Notes under the pieces: model-generated | Database searches by the model: none | What the model saw: the letters and a program-made list of their open reading frames with translations, nothing else | What the model was told of the DNA's origin: nothing | Program-made: the position numbers and the translations under genes | DNA from: Alphaproteobacteria bacterium | GTDB lineage: Bacteria > Pseudomonadota > Alphaproteobacteria > JAPULJ01 | NCBI GenBank assembly: GCA_027295145.1 | Contig: JAPULJ010000735.1 | Span: 1 to 44,671, forward strand | DNA: 44,671 bases | Direction: 5' to 3' | In this document: positions 1 to 8,855 of the stretch, one piece after another | How the letters are laid out: each line of letters starts with the position of its first letter | Numbering within the stretch: the first letter of the stretch is position 1

Positions 1-390
1 CGGCGAAATTTTGAAAGGCATGTAATATACTTGAATTTCGTCGTCGCCCCTCCCGTCGCCGGAACGTTTGGTGCGAATATTCAGTCCAAATGTTAAATCA
101 GCGCCCGTACTCCTGAATAGATTAGTCCCCGATCGTTATCATCGCAGTTGGGTATAAGTTAAAGGCGGCTGTTCATGATCGCATTTGTTCGGCCATTGCG
201 CTTCATCGTAGGTTTCAGAAACTTCAGCGCAAACCAGCGATCCCTGCATTTTCTCGCGAATAACTTCGAGTACCTCGCTTTCGTGATCTACAGCCCGCCA
301 GAGTCAGTACGGCTCGAAATTTTATTGGAAAGTTGATTTGAGTGAAGTCGAGAACGAGATTTCCGGTCGGGCCGTTTCACGGCGCTGGGC

Positions 391-425
391 AAAAAATGGC
401 CGGTCTCCTCACTTGGAGACCGGCC
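391..425 (-). terminator. Rho-independent terminator of the porin gene
   Basis: Perfect 11-bp stem GGCCGGTCTCC (398-408) / GGAGACCGGCC (415-425) with a 6-nt loop. A6 at 391-396 gives a U-tract on the minus strand, ~30 nt after the porin stop. Confidence 0.85.
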
Positions 426-456
426 CGTATAGTTCGTCTACCTACCTTGATTCCAG

Positions 457-1794
457 CTAGAAGCTGTACTTGAAGGCCACCTGGACGCGGTGCACTGTAC
501 CGTTGGCGCTGTGTACGAAACCATCGAATTGGTAGACGTACTCCACGCCGATGGTGGTCTTGGGCACCGGGCTCCACAACAAGTTGGCGTGGATCGACCA
601 CACGTCCTGAGTTGTACCCGCTGCTACGCCAGCCTTTCCGGCCAAACCGCCCACGCCGGACGACGTCGAACCGGCGACATCGTTCCAGTTGCGGCCATAG
701 ACGATCGTGCTGCGGAGCGTGTCGGTCCAGCGATGCTGGAGCCAGACCAATCCACCGACAAGGGTGACCGCATCGAGTTTTGCACTCGCTCCTCCGGGGC
801 CGTTCAGGACCGCGTCCGAGTATGCGGCCGAGTAGCGACCGATGCCATCGCCGTAGTAGACCAAGAGGCCGGCTGCCGTCTTCTTGTTGTTGAAGCGGAC
901 GCCGGTACCGAAATGAATGCCCCAACCGAAATCGGTGTCTTGCGTCCCGGCACCATCGTCGACCTGAAGCTGCCTGATCAAGGCGGCAACCGAGACCATG
1001 CCCGCAGACCAACGATGCTGCAGCCTGACCACGAAGTCCGGCAAGCCGTCCGGCCCCGCGACCAATGGAGCCCCACCGTACGCGGCGGCAAGGGTCTGGG
1101 GGTTCTCGATCGAGAGAACCAGAGCCGTTCCACCGCCGAAGCTGTGGGTGTAGCGGATCTGGGCCTGACGGACGAAGATAACACCCCTCGGGCCGGCGAA
1201 GTCGAGGGTTTCCGGCAGCGCGTGCAACGGCATGAAGTTCGACCAGGTCTGACCGGCAAGAACCGGACCGAGACGGCCATAGGCGTGACGCAGACGCAAG
1301 CTGTTCGAGTTCGAGACAAGCTGGTTGCCACCAGTACCGAAAAAGTCACCCTGAAGATGGGTCTCGAGCTCCCCCCAATCGGTCGGGGTCCAGGTGCGGA
1401 TCCAGAAGCGCGACTGGCGGGCGTGCAGGCGGAAGTTCCCCTGCGCGCGAGCCGCAGCCGAACCCTCTGCCGGCCCCGCAAGAAGCAAATCGCCCGACGA
1501 AGCGTTGATATCGTAAATCAAATCCAACTTGGCGTAGCCGCCGATCTGCATCGAGGTATTGGTCCCCGGCAGCTTCCACGACCGCGGCTTGGCCCCCGAC
1601 TCAACCGCTGCCGCCGGAGCGACCCGGCGCTTACTGACTTGCGACTTCTCCAGCTGGGACATCTTGTCCTGCAGGCTCTGGATTTGCGAGCGCAACTCAT
1701 CAATTTGGTCCGCCGAGGCCGGAACCGAAGCCGCCAATAAGGCAACCGCGGCGCCCGATCCCAATAGGGCGGACCGCCAACTTGTTTGAACCAT
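457..1794 (-). CDS. DcaP-family / alphaproteobacterial trimeric outer-membrane porin
   Basis: Signal peptide ending ASA, N-terminal coiled coil, GGYAKLDLIYD, ARQSRF, LRLRHAYG and GQTWSNF motifs, C-terminal YSF, GGGAG RBS. Confidence 0.85.
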   Translation of the reverse strand: MVQTSWRSALLGSGAAVALLAASVPASADQIDELRSQIQSLQDKMSQLEKSQVSKRRVAPAAAVESGAKPRSWKLPGTNTSMQIGGYAKLDLIYDINASSGDLLLAGPAEGSAAARAQGNFRLHARQSRFWIRTWTPTDWGELETHLQGDFFGTGGNQLVSNSNSLRLRHAYGRLGPVLAGQTWSNFMPLHALPETLDFAGPRGVIFVRQAQIRYTHSFGGGTALVLSIENPQTLAAAYGGAPLVAGPDGLPDFVVRLQHRWSAGMVSVAALIRQLQVDDGAGTQDTDFGWGIHFGTGVRFNNKKTAAGLLVYYGDGIGRYSAAYSDAVLNGPGGASAKLDAVTLVGGLVWLQHRWTDTLRSTIVYGRNWNDVAGSTSSGVGGLAGKAGVAAGTTQDVWSIHANLLWSPVPKTTIGVEYVYQFDGFVHSANGTVHRVQVAFKYSF

Positions 1795-1939
1795 ACTCTA
1801 TCACTCCCCAATATTATGCGCCCGAAAGCCGAGCACTCACTATCGTAATTGCACAGTACATATTAGTATTCGACAAATAAATAGACTTAACAATCACTTC
1901 ATAGATTCTTTTTTATTGTGTGATATATTTACAGTTTTT

Positions 1940-2002
1940 TAGTTTTACTCACTTTAAAGTTGGTTTTACTCACTTTAAAGTTAGCTTCACTCATTTTTTT
2001 GT
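1940..2002. repeat. Three tandem 21-bp AT-rich units, the third degenerate
   Basis: TAGTTTTACTCACTTTAAAGT (1940-1960), TGGTTTTACTCACTTTAAAGT (1961-1981), TAGCTTCACTCATTTTTTTGT (1982-2002). Confidence 0.85.
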
Positions 2003-2035
2003 GTAATGATTCACAATAATGTGATCGTACTCACA
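2000..2035. promoter_or_regulatory. Two CRP-type palindromic boxes upstream of the porin
   Basis: TGTGA-TCGTAC-TCACA at 2020-2035 is a perfect TGTGA-N6-TCACA. TGTGT-AATGAT-TCACA at 2000-2015 has one mismatch. Confidence 0.55.
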
Positions 2036-2110
2036 AATGCGTGAGAATCGCCCGGCTTGAATAGTCCAATCCCGGTTCCTTCGATGGTCACCGGGGAGCC
2101 CGCGAGCCGT

Positions 2111-2842
2111 TCAGAATTGCGGGCGCTCGATTCGGGATATCTCCAGTTCGGGATAGCGCGCCGCCATGGTTCTGGAGATGTAGGGGCACAGGCCGGTGTG
2201 GATCCGCTCGGCCAGCGCCCAAAGCAGTAAAAAATTTCCGGCTAGCATCGTATCAAATTCCCGCCTGTCGTCTTCGCAATGGTATTCGATATAGAGCAGG
2301 CCAACTTTGCCAAGACGATTGCCGAGGTTCGCCAGGATGGGAACCTCGCAACCTTCGGTATCGAGTTTGAGAACCGGGATTTCGTCGATCCCGTGGGACT
2401 CCAATTCCTCATCCGCCGCCACCAGCTTGATGATTTCATGATCGTCCGTCGTGCCGGCGTAGGCGACGACCGAGTTCTGTGCCGGCTGTTCGAACCCATG
2501 ATAGAGGCTGACCTCGCGGCTCGATTCGTAGAGCCCGTAGGGGTAGGCGCCGATGTTGGCGAAGCCGGAAATGTATTCGGCAAGGCAGGCATAACAATCG
2601 CGCGCTGGCTCGTAGCAGTGAAAGCTCGCCTCCGGGCAGGCGGAATAGAAATAAAGCGCGGCGGCGCCGATATTGGCGCCGAGATCGACGACTACTTAGG
2701 GCCGGTAGTCGGGAAAGTTCAGGATGGGGTACTCGCGGCCCCCTAAAATATGGCCGATGGAAACCTTAAGCTTGTCACTGGCGAGATATTTGAACGCCAC
2801 CTCTTTGCCGCGGATGGTGATCCGGCTGGTGTAGGTTCGCAT
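2111..2842 (-). pseudogene. FkbM-family SAM-dependent methyltransferase interrupted by an in-frame TAA
   Basis: Manual translation from the ATG at 2842 (GGAG RBS): ...FPDYRP*VVVDLGANIGAAA...YEP...LKLDTEGCE...IEYH. One TAA at 2696-2698 (codon 49); the frame stays open to 2111. Confidence 0.85.
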
Positions 2843-2894
2843 CAGAACTCCGTTTTGCTCTTGTCCCAGGCCCACTGCCGCCCAGTGCGGGGCG

Positions 2895-3662
2895 TCAAAC
2901 CCAGCTGGTTTCAGCCCGGGCTACCTCCACCCCGCCCGAGCGAAGAAGCGTATGGTGAAAACGGCCAGGCACGATTTTGCCGGCGCGGGCACACACATCG
3001 TGTTCGAGCCCGCACTCGGCACGGAACACGACGTCGATGGTGGCCAGTGATTGGCCGCCGGCCGCGCGCCGCGCCGGCGGTTCCAGCAGATAGCCCATCA
3101 ACTCGGCGTTGTTGACGTGGCCGTTGGTGTCTAGATCAGACCAGCGGGGAAGGATGGCTTGCTCCACATCGTACATGTCCCGGCGCGAGATCGAGCGACA
3201 GGGGAACTCGGCCGAACGAAACTCATTGTGGATAATGTTCTCCACCAGCCAAGAGGGGCCACGGATCGCCTTGCGCGAACGGCCTTCGATCAGGGCCCAG
3301 GCGCTAGTTGCCGTGGCCAGCAATCCACCGCTATCGTCCACGACCCTGAAATCGCGAAAAAAAAGCTGGCGCGGCCACCGCGATGGCTAGGTTTCGACAG
3401 CGATCTCCTCGCCCCCGCCGGGCTGGCGAATGATGCGGATGAATTGGCGCGTCAAGACCCAATGGAGGTCCATTCCCGCCAAGTGTGCCGCACCGACGCC
3501 GAGCCGCTCGGCATGCTCGCCGGCGGCTTGTTGTAGGTAGTTGGCGAGTGGCACGATGCCGATCTTTGCGTCCGGGCCGGGTTCATGAAAGGGCACTCTG
3601 TACCGCGCCAAATGGTGGCTGGCGGCGATCTCATTGGATATTTTCTCGGGGCGGGCTGACAC
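2895..3662 (-). pseudogene. Acyl-ACP thioesterase (double hotdog) interrupted by an in-frame TAG
   Basis: ORFs 3387-3662 and 2895-3341 are in the same frame: ...YLQQAAGEHA...IAVET*PSRWPRQLFFRDFRV...DLDTNGHVNN. The TAG at 3387-3389 sits where the family has VETW. Confidence 0.85.
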
Positions 3663-3761
3663 CGGCGATTTTGTCCGTCTACCTTTGTTAAGCGGCGTCG
3701 ACCATAGCGCGGGCCAACGCCCACGGCCAAGCTTTCGCTACCAAATACTTGTTTACGATTG

Positions 3762-3798
3762 TGAACCTCGGATGAACACAATACTCATGTTGCGTTCA
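3762..3798. promoter_or_regulatory. Putative response-regulator operator (direct plus inverted TGAAC half-sites)
   Basis: TGAAC at 3762 and 3773 (11-bp period), mirrored by ACTCA at 3783 and GTTCA at 3794. Confidence 0.4.
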
Positions 3799-3857
3799 GA
3801 GACAATAAACCAGAATGGCAGGCAATAGCCCATGTTGGCCGGGGTAAGGGGATTGCG

Positions 3858-4229
3858 ATGATTACCAAACGCACGACAAGCTCGACCGCCGTCCTTGCCG
3901 CGGCGCTGATCATGACCGGCTCCGGGCAGGCAGCCGCGCTGGGAACAACCGCGCCCCCGACGGCCAAGCTCTGCGAGAAGGGCGCATCGGCTCTTACTTC
4001 CAAAGAAGTGCGGACACTGCTGCGCCGCCAAGGCTATTTCTCGATCCGGGCTTTGCGGTTTCGCCAGTTCGAGGCTTCGGCACATCGGGCGCCGGTGTTG
4101 CGCCAACGTGGTATCTATTTTGCTACCGCCAGCCGCGGCTTCGGCATCGTGCGCTGGCACCTCAGCATTGATCCCTGCACGGGACGGATCCTGCGCACGC
4201 CGATGCCGCGTCTGACCCAAAACTCCTGA
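3858..4229 (+). CDS. Secreted PepSY-like small protein
   Basis: Signal peptide, LRRQGY...Y...IDPCTGRI pattern typical of PepSY-like domains, two Cys, AAGGGG RBS. Confidence 0.55.
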   Translation: MITKRTTSSTAVLAAALIMTGSGQAAALGTTAPPTAKLCEKGASALTSKEVRTLLRRQGYFSIRALRFRQFEASAHRAPVLRQRGIYFATASRGFGIVRWHLSIDPCTGRILRTPMPRLTQNS

Positions 4230-4348
4230 AGCGAAAACGACAGATGGGCTTGAGGCGCTAGCCCAAGCGATCTCGACCGCGACCCCCGGCAGACGATATC
4301 ATTTGCCCCTCACAAGCTGGTTTTCGCCTACCCGGGAGAAAGAAGCAG

Positions 4349-5062
4349 ATGGACGGCGCGATTGCCTATTTCGTGACAATCCGGAGCAACGCTGAGTTTG
4401 ACGGGCGATTTGCTACGTGGTTCGAGGCCGGTCCGGCCCGTGCGCTGAAGACGCTGCCTGGGCTGCGCGCCTTCGATCTCTATCTGCCCGAGAACTCGCA
4501 CGACCCATATTTGGACGACGGGGCCGGACCGCTGACCATGGCGCAGCTCTATTTCGACGATGTGCCGACACTTGAAGCCGCGCTTGTGTCACCAAATTTT
4601 CCGGAAAGCGCCTTGAAAGGGGAGGGAAGCCCGGTCGATGAAGTCTGCGCGGTGCACTCGGCCATGCGCACCCAGTTCTTTCCGGTTGCCGGCGCGCGTT
4701 CGTCGGACCCGCTGACCGCCGGCACCTCCTATGTCGTGCGTTATCACCGACCGGTCGAGGACGAGGCAGCATTCAACGCGCACTATGTTGAATGCCACCC
4801 GCCGGTCCTTGGTGAATTTCCCGGCATTCGCAACGTCATCTGCTATCTGCCTATCGTGTGGCGCGATCCCACGGGCCTCGACGACGCGGATGTCTTTCTC
4901 GGCAACGAGGTTGTCTTCGATACGCCGGACGCCCTCAACGCGGCGCTGGCTTCCGACGTGCGCCACAAGCTGCGAGAGGACTACAAGACCTTCCCCGCAT
5001 TCACCGGCCGCAACACCCACTACGCCATGCAGCGCACGCGGTTATACCCCGCCGGTAGCTAA
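4349..5062 (+). CDS. Tandem EthD-family (dimeric alpha-beta barrel) protein
   Basis: FNAHYVECHPPVLGEFPGIR and FDTPDALNAALAS motifs; the N-terminal half is similar (LPGLR...FDDVPTLEAAL). Confidence 0.75.
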   Translation: MDGAIAYFVTIRSNAEFDGRFATWFEAGPARALKTLPGLRAFDLYLPENSHDPYLDDGAGPLTMAQLYFDDVPTLEAALVSPNFPESALKGEGSPVDEVCAVHSAMRTQFFPVAGARSSDPLTAGTSYVVRYHRPVEDEAAFNAHYVECHPPVLGEFPGIRNVICYLPIVWRDPTGLDDADVFLGNEVVFDTPDALNAALASDVRHKLREDYKTFPAFTGRNTHYAMQRTRLYPAGS

Positions 5063-5847
5063 TTCCCCTTCCGCGTCAGTCGCTCCCAAGGCACCAAGTA
5101 GGGTTGCCTGCGGTAAGTGCCGCGGACGGCGCGGACCTGATAGACGCTTGCCAACTGCTCGTCCGACAGCACCTCATTGGCATCCCCTTCGAAAGCAACG
5201 CGGCCCTTATCGAGTAGCACCAGACGCTCGCAGAACCGGCCGGCAAGCGTCAAATCGTGGAGGACGACGACGACGCCGGCGCCGTCCGCCGCCAGCCCGG
5301 CGAGCCGTTCCATGACCTCGAGCCGGTGATAGGGGTCGAGCCCGGCCACCGGCTCGTCGGCCAGCAGCAGCGCCGGCTCGCCAGCCAATGCCCGGGCCAG
5401 CAGCACTCGCGCCTCCTCGCCGCCCGATAGTTCGGTCGCTGGCCGGAAGGCAAGGTGGGCGACGTCTGTCGCCGCCATAACCCTGGCAACCACGTCGCGA
5501 TCCGCTGCTCCGGGGCCGGCAAATTTTCCGAGATGGGGGATGCGCCCCATCATCACCAGTTCCTCGACCGAGATCGCCCACTGACTCTTGCCGCCTTGCG
5601 GCAGATAGCCGATGTGGCGGGCGCGCTCTTTGTGGGGGGTCTGTTCGAGCCCATGTCCACCGAGCGTCACCGTGCCCGAGCTGGGCCGCAGGAGACCTGC
5701 GAGCGCCCGCAACAGCGTCGTCTTGCCGGCGCCGTTGGGGCCGATCAGGCCGATGAATTCACCCGGGCCAACGCTGAAGGAGACATCGCTTAAGGCGCGC
5801 TGGCTTCCGAAAGTGACGGAAAGGTTTTGCGCGGCCAGCCGGGTCAT
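5059..5847 (-). CDS. ABC transporter ATP-binding protein, cobalamin/Fe-siderophore type (BtuD/FepC-like)
   Basis: Walker A GPNGAGKT, LSGGE signature, LLADEP Walker B, VLHDL. Confidence 0.9.
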   Translation of the reverse strand: MTRLAAQNLSVTFGSQRALSDVSFSVGPGEFIGLIGPNGAGKTTLLRALAGLLRPSSGTVTLGGHGLEQTPHKERARHIGYLPQGGKSQWAISVEELVMMGRIPHLGKFAGPGAADRDVVARVMAATDVAHLAFRPATELSGGEEARVLLARALAGEPALLLADEPVAGLDPYHRLEVMERLAGLAADGAGVVVVLHDLTLAGRFCERLVLLDKGRVAFEGDANEVLSDEQLASVYQVRAVRGTYRRQPYLVPWERLTRKGN

Positions 5848-6869
5848 GTCCGACCACCCCGTGATTTGATCACCAGCCAGAAGAAGAACGGTGCCCCGAT
5901 CACCGCGGTCACTACGCCGAGCTTGAGATCGCGGGTCGGCAAAACCACCCGCACCAAGATGTCGGCGGTAAGGGTGAGCGCGGCACCGCCTAGTGCGCTG
6001 GCCAGCAACAGGGCGCCGGGCCGGTGGCCGACTAGGGGCCGCAATAGGTGGGGGACAACGAGGCCAACAAATCCGATGACGCCGGATACCGAAACTGCCG
6101 CCCCGACCGCCAGCGCGGTGCCCAGGATGAGGCGCCGGCGAACGTTGTTCATGTTGAATCCGAGGCTTTGGGCCGCCTCATCGCCGAGGGTGAGGGCATC
6201 GAGCGGCCGGCGCAGACTGAACAGAAGCGTCCAACCGACGGCAACGAAAGGCAGGACCAACCAAACATGGGTCATGCTGCGGTCGCGCAGGCTGCCGAGC
6301 ATCCAGAACACGATCTCTATGGCGGCGAAGGGGCTGGGGGCGAGATTGAGCGCCAGCGCGGTCAGGGCGCCGGCAAGGGACGATATCGCGATCCCGGCGA
6401 GGATCAGCGTGAACGGGCTGGCCTCGCGCCCGGCCAGGGATTCGAGGATGGCGACCGCCAAAAGAGCGCCGATCATGCCGCCCAGTGGCAGGGAAAGCGC
6501 GAAGACGGCGGAGAGCCCGTAGTAAAGCGCGATCACCGCGCCCAGCGCCGCTGAAGCCGAGACGCCGATGATCCCGGGTTCGGCCAAGGGGTTGCGCAGA
6601 AAACCCTGCATCGCGGCCCCCGCAAGGCCCAATGTGGCGCCGACCAAAAGGCCGAGCAACGCCCTCGGCAGGCGAACCTCCTGGACGATGATGGCGATGA
6701 TATCGGCTTGCCCGCCGAACAGTCCCTTAATGACCTGCCCGAAGCCGATGGCGGCCGGGCCGATCAGCAACGAGCCGACAAAGGCGATAGCGGTCGCCAA
6801 AGCAAGCAATATTAGGGTCACCCGGGTCCGGCTGTGCCTGGCGGCGGCAGCGCCCGGCAGCGGGCTCAT
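5844..6869 (-). CDS. FecCD/BtuC-family ABC permease
   Basis: RLPRALLG, RNPLAEPGIIGVS and GFVGLVVPH motifs. The ATG at 6869 overlaps the upstream stop (ATGA). Confidence 0.9.
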   Translation of the reverse strand: MSPLPGAAAARHSRTRVTLILLALATAIAFVGSLLIGPAAIGFGQVIKGLFGGQADIIAIIVQEVRLPRALLGLLVGATLGLAGAAMQGFLRNPLAEPGIIGVSASAALGAVIALYYGLSAVFALSLPLGGMIGALLAVAILESLAGREASPFTLILAGIAISSLAGALTALALNLAPSPFAAIEIVFWMLGSLRDRSMTHVWLVLPFVAVGWTLLFSLRRPLDALTLGDEAAQSLGFNMNNVRRRLILGTALAVGAAVSVSGVIGFVGLVVPHLLRPLVGHRPGALLLASALGGAALTLTADILVRVVLPTRDLKLGVVTAVIGAPFFFWLVIKSRGGRT

Positions 6870-7984
6870 CCCCAGACGTCGCGGGCGACCCGCTGCAATA
6901 ATTCGATTTTGGCCCGCGTGTCGTCTTGGGTGATCGGCTGGCCCCGGCCACCGCCGCTGGAAAAGCCGCATTGCGGGCTTATCCCGAGGCGTTCGAGGGG
7001 AATGTACTTGGCCGCTTCGTCGACGCGGCGCTTGAGGTCATTCTCGGATTCGAGTTCCGGTGTCTTGGTGCTGACCAGCCCCAGGATGACGCCGGTATTC
7101 GCTGGAATGAATCGCAAGGGCTCGAAATCGCCGGCGCGCGGGGTGTCGTACTCCAAAAAGAAAGCGTCGATCTTGGCCTCGCCGAACAGCACCTCGGCGA
7201 TCGGCTCGTAGCCTCCTTCGGCCATCCAGGCGCCCTTGAGGTTGCCGCGGCACAGATGCATCGAGACGAACATGCCCTCGGGCCGGCCATCGAGCGCAGC
7301 ATTGATGAGCTTGGCGTAGCGGGCGGTGAGGGCGTCGGGGTCTTCGCCACGCTCAACGACCTGGGCGCGGCCGCGCTCATCGCAATTGCAAGGCAGGGCG
7401 GTGTTGTCGAGCTGCAGATAAGCGCAGCCGTCGACCCCCAGCACGGCGATCTCCTCGCGGTAAATCTGCGCGAGGTCGTCGTAGAATTTATCGATGTCGG
7501 GATAGACCGCCTCGTCGACGGCGCGGGGCCCGAGGAAATAGTGCATGACGTCGGGCGACGGCATCGTGATTTTGGGAACGGCTGTACTAACGACCGATTT
7601 CAGGAAGGCGTGATCTTCGGCAACGATCGGCTTAGTGCGGCGCAACCGCGATGCGGCGTATGGTGAGGGGGCAACACCGAGATCGCCGCTTTCATCGCGA
7701 AATCCGAGGGTGCCCTCGCGCAGTCCGAACCCTTCGATCGCATCGATGAAGCCAGCCGACCAACTACGCCGGCGGAACTCGCCATCGGTTACGGCTTGCA
7801 AACCGAGTCCTTCCTGGAAGGCAACGATGTCGCGAATGCTTTCGTCTTGGATAGTGCGGTAGGCCGCCGGGTCGAGCGTGCCCGCCTTGGCCTCGCGGGC
7901 GGCAGTCAGTAAGCGCTCGGGGCGCAGGAAGCTGCCGACATGGTCGACACGGAAGGGCGGGCGGGACTTGTCGGCTTCGGCCAT
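6866..7984 (-). CDS. Cobalamin-independent methionine synthase II family protein (MetE C-terminal barrel only)
   Basis: DHVGSFLRP, TDGEFRR, and the Zn-ligand motifs HLCRGN, LEYD and SPQCGF. Confidence 0.85.
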   Translation of the reverse strand: MAEADKSRPPFRVDHVGSFLRPERLLTAAREAKAGTLDPAAYRTIQDESIRDIVAFQEGLGLQAVTDGEFRRRSWSAGFIDAIEGFGLREGTLGFRDESGDLGVAPSPYAASRLRRTKPIVAEDHAFLKSVVSTAVPKITMPSPDVMHYFLGPRAVDEAVYPDIDKFYDDLAQIYREEIAVLGVDGCAYLQLDNTALPCNCDERGRAQVVERGEDPDALTARYAKLINAALDGRPEGMFVSMHLCRGNLKGAWMAEGGYEPIAEVLFGEAKIDAFFLEYDTPRAGDFEPLRFIPANTGVILGLVSTKTPELESENDLKRRVDEAAKYIPLERLGISPQCGFSSGGGRGQPITQDDTRAKIELLQRVARDVWG

Positions 7985-8056
7985 TTGGCTCTCCGGTTGA
8001 TACAGCGTGCCAGCGTAGCGGGCTGGGCGTACGGATTCCAGAACCGAAGCGACGCG

Positions 8057-8683
8057 TTAAATCGCAAGGAAACTGATTACGCGATCGGCAAACGAATCTA
8101 TATCCATGCCCTCGAGCGCCTCAGGCTTGATCTGGCCGTCGATCAGCAAATTGGCGAGGCCATGAACCAGCGACCAGGAGGCTACGGCCGCTAAGTCCGG
8201 ATCGGCAACCGATCCGCTCTCGTATTGGAATTTCGTGGCGCTTGAGAGCACGGCGTAGGCCGCATCGGCCTTGGTCTGAAGTTCGGGATGTGCTGACTTC
8301 TCGGGTATTTCCGGGCCGAACATCAGCCGCAGATAAGCTGGGTTGGCAACCGCAAAAATTACGTATCCCCGGCCCAAGGCGCGTAGTCTGGCCGTGGGAT
8401 CCTTGATCCCGTCCGCGGCCGCCAGCATCGCCGCCGTCAGCCCGGCAAACCCCTCACCGGCAAGGGCGGCGAGGAGTTCGGACTTATCCTTGAAGTGCCG
8501 ATAGGGCGCGGTCTGCGACACTCCGGCTCCGCGGGCCACGGCGCGCAAAGTGAGCGCGCCAACACCGTTCTTCTTCAATATGGCGGTTGCCGCCACGATG
8601 AGCGCGGCGCGCAGATTGCCGTGATGGTAGTGCCGTCCGGTAGTACTACTGCGTGTTCTACCGTCCGTCTTGCGTGAACTCAC
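8057..8683 (-). CDS. TetR/AcrR-family regulator with WHG-type C-terminal domain
   Basis: YHHGNLRAAL...LRAVARGAGVSQTAPYRHF HTH and WSLVHGLA; GTG start with GAGG RBS. Confidence 0.9.
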   Translation of the reverse strand: MSSRKTDGRTRSSTTGRHYHHGNLRAALIVAATAILKKNGVGALTLRAVARGAGVSQTAPYRHFKDKSELLAALAGEGFAGLTAAMLAAADGIKDPTARLRALGRGYVIFAVANPAYLRLMFGPEIPEKSAHPELQTKADAAYAVLSSATKFQYESGSVADPDLAAVASWSLVHGLANLLIDGQIKPEALEGMDIDSFADRVISFLAI

Positions 8684-8703
8684 AGTTGTGTATCCTCTTG
8701 TAT

Positions 8704-8765
8704 ATGAATTAATGTTGACAATGTAAACATTAATTGCTAAGTTGACACTGTCAACATTAATTCAT
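8704..8765. promoter_or_regulatory. Divergent promoter region with two palindromic TetR-type operators
   Basis: GTTGACAATGTAAAC (8714-8728) and GTTGACACTGTCAAC (8741-8755). Plus-strand TTGACA (8715-8720), 17 nt, TAAGTT (8738-8743), preceded by TG. Confidence 0.8.
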
Positions 8766-8855
8766 GGAAACGATTTGGGCAAGCGTGACGTTACTGGCAG
8801 CTATCGGAAAGACGCTAAATAATTGAACAACAAAGCCGATCGCGAGGACAGGCGA

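Noticed and set aside
1-376. Lower-GC stretch with short minus-strand frames (e.g. VDHESEVLEVIREKMQ...)
   Set aside because: The frames are short, with no clear start or recognisable family, and the window edge removes the context.
490-1740. Long antisense ORFs (also 12606-13721, 15406-16929, 33112-34335 and others)
   Set aside because: They are shadow frames opposite well-supported genes, expected in high-GC DNA, and show no motifs.
1940-2002. 21-bp repeats as a CRISPR array or iterons
   Set aside because: The units are directly adjacent without spacers, and there is no cas or rep gene.
7985-8056. Cobalamin riboswitch ahead of the MetE-like/BtuCD-like operon
   Set aside because: The gap is only 72 nt and shows no B12-box motif.
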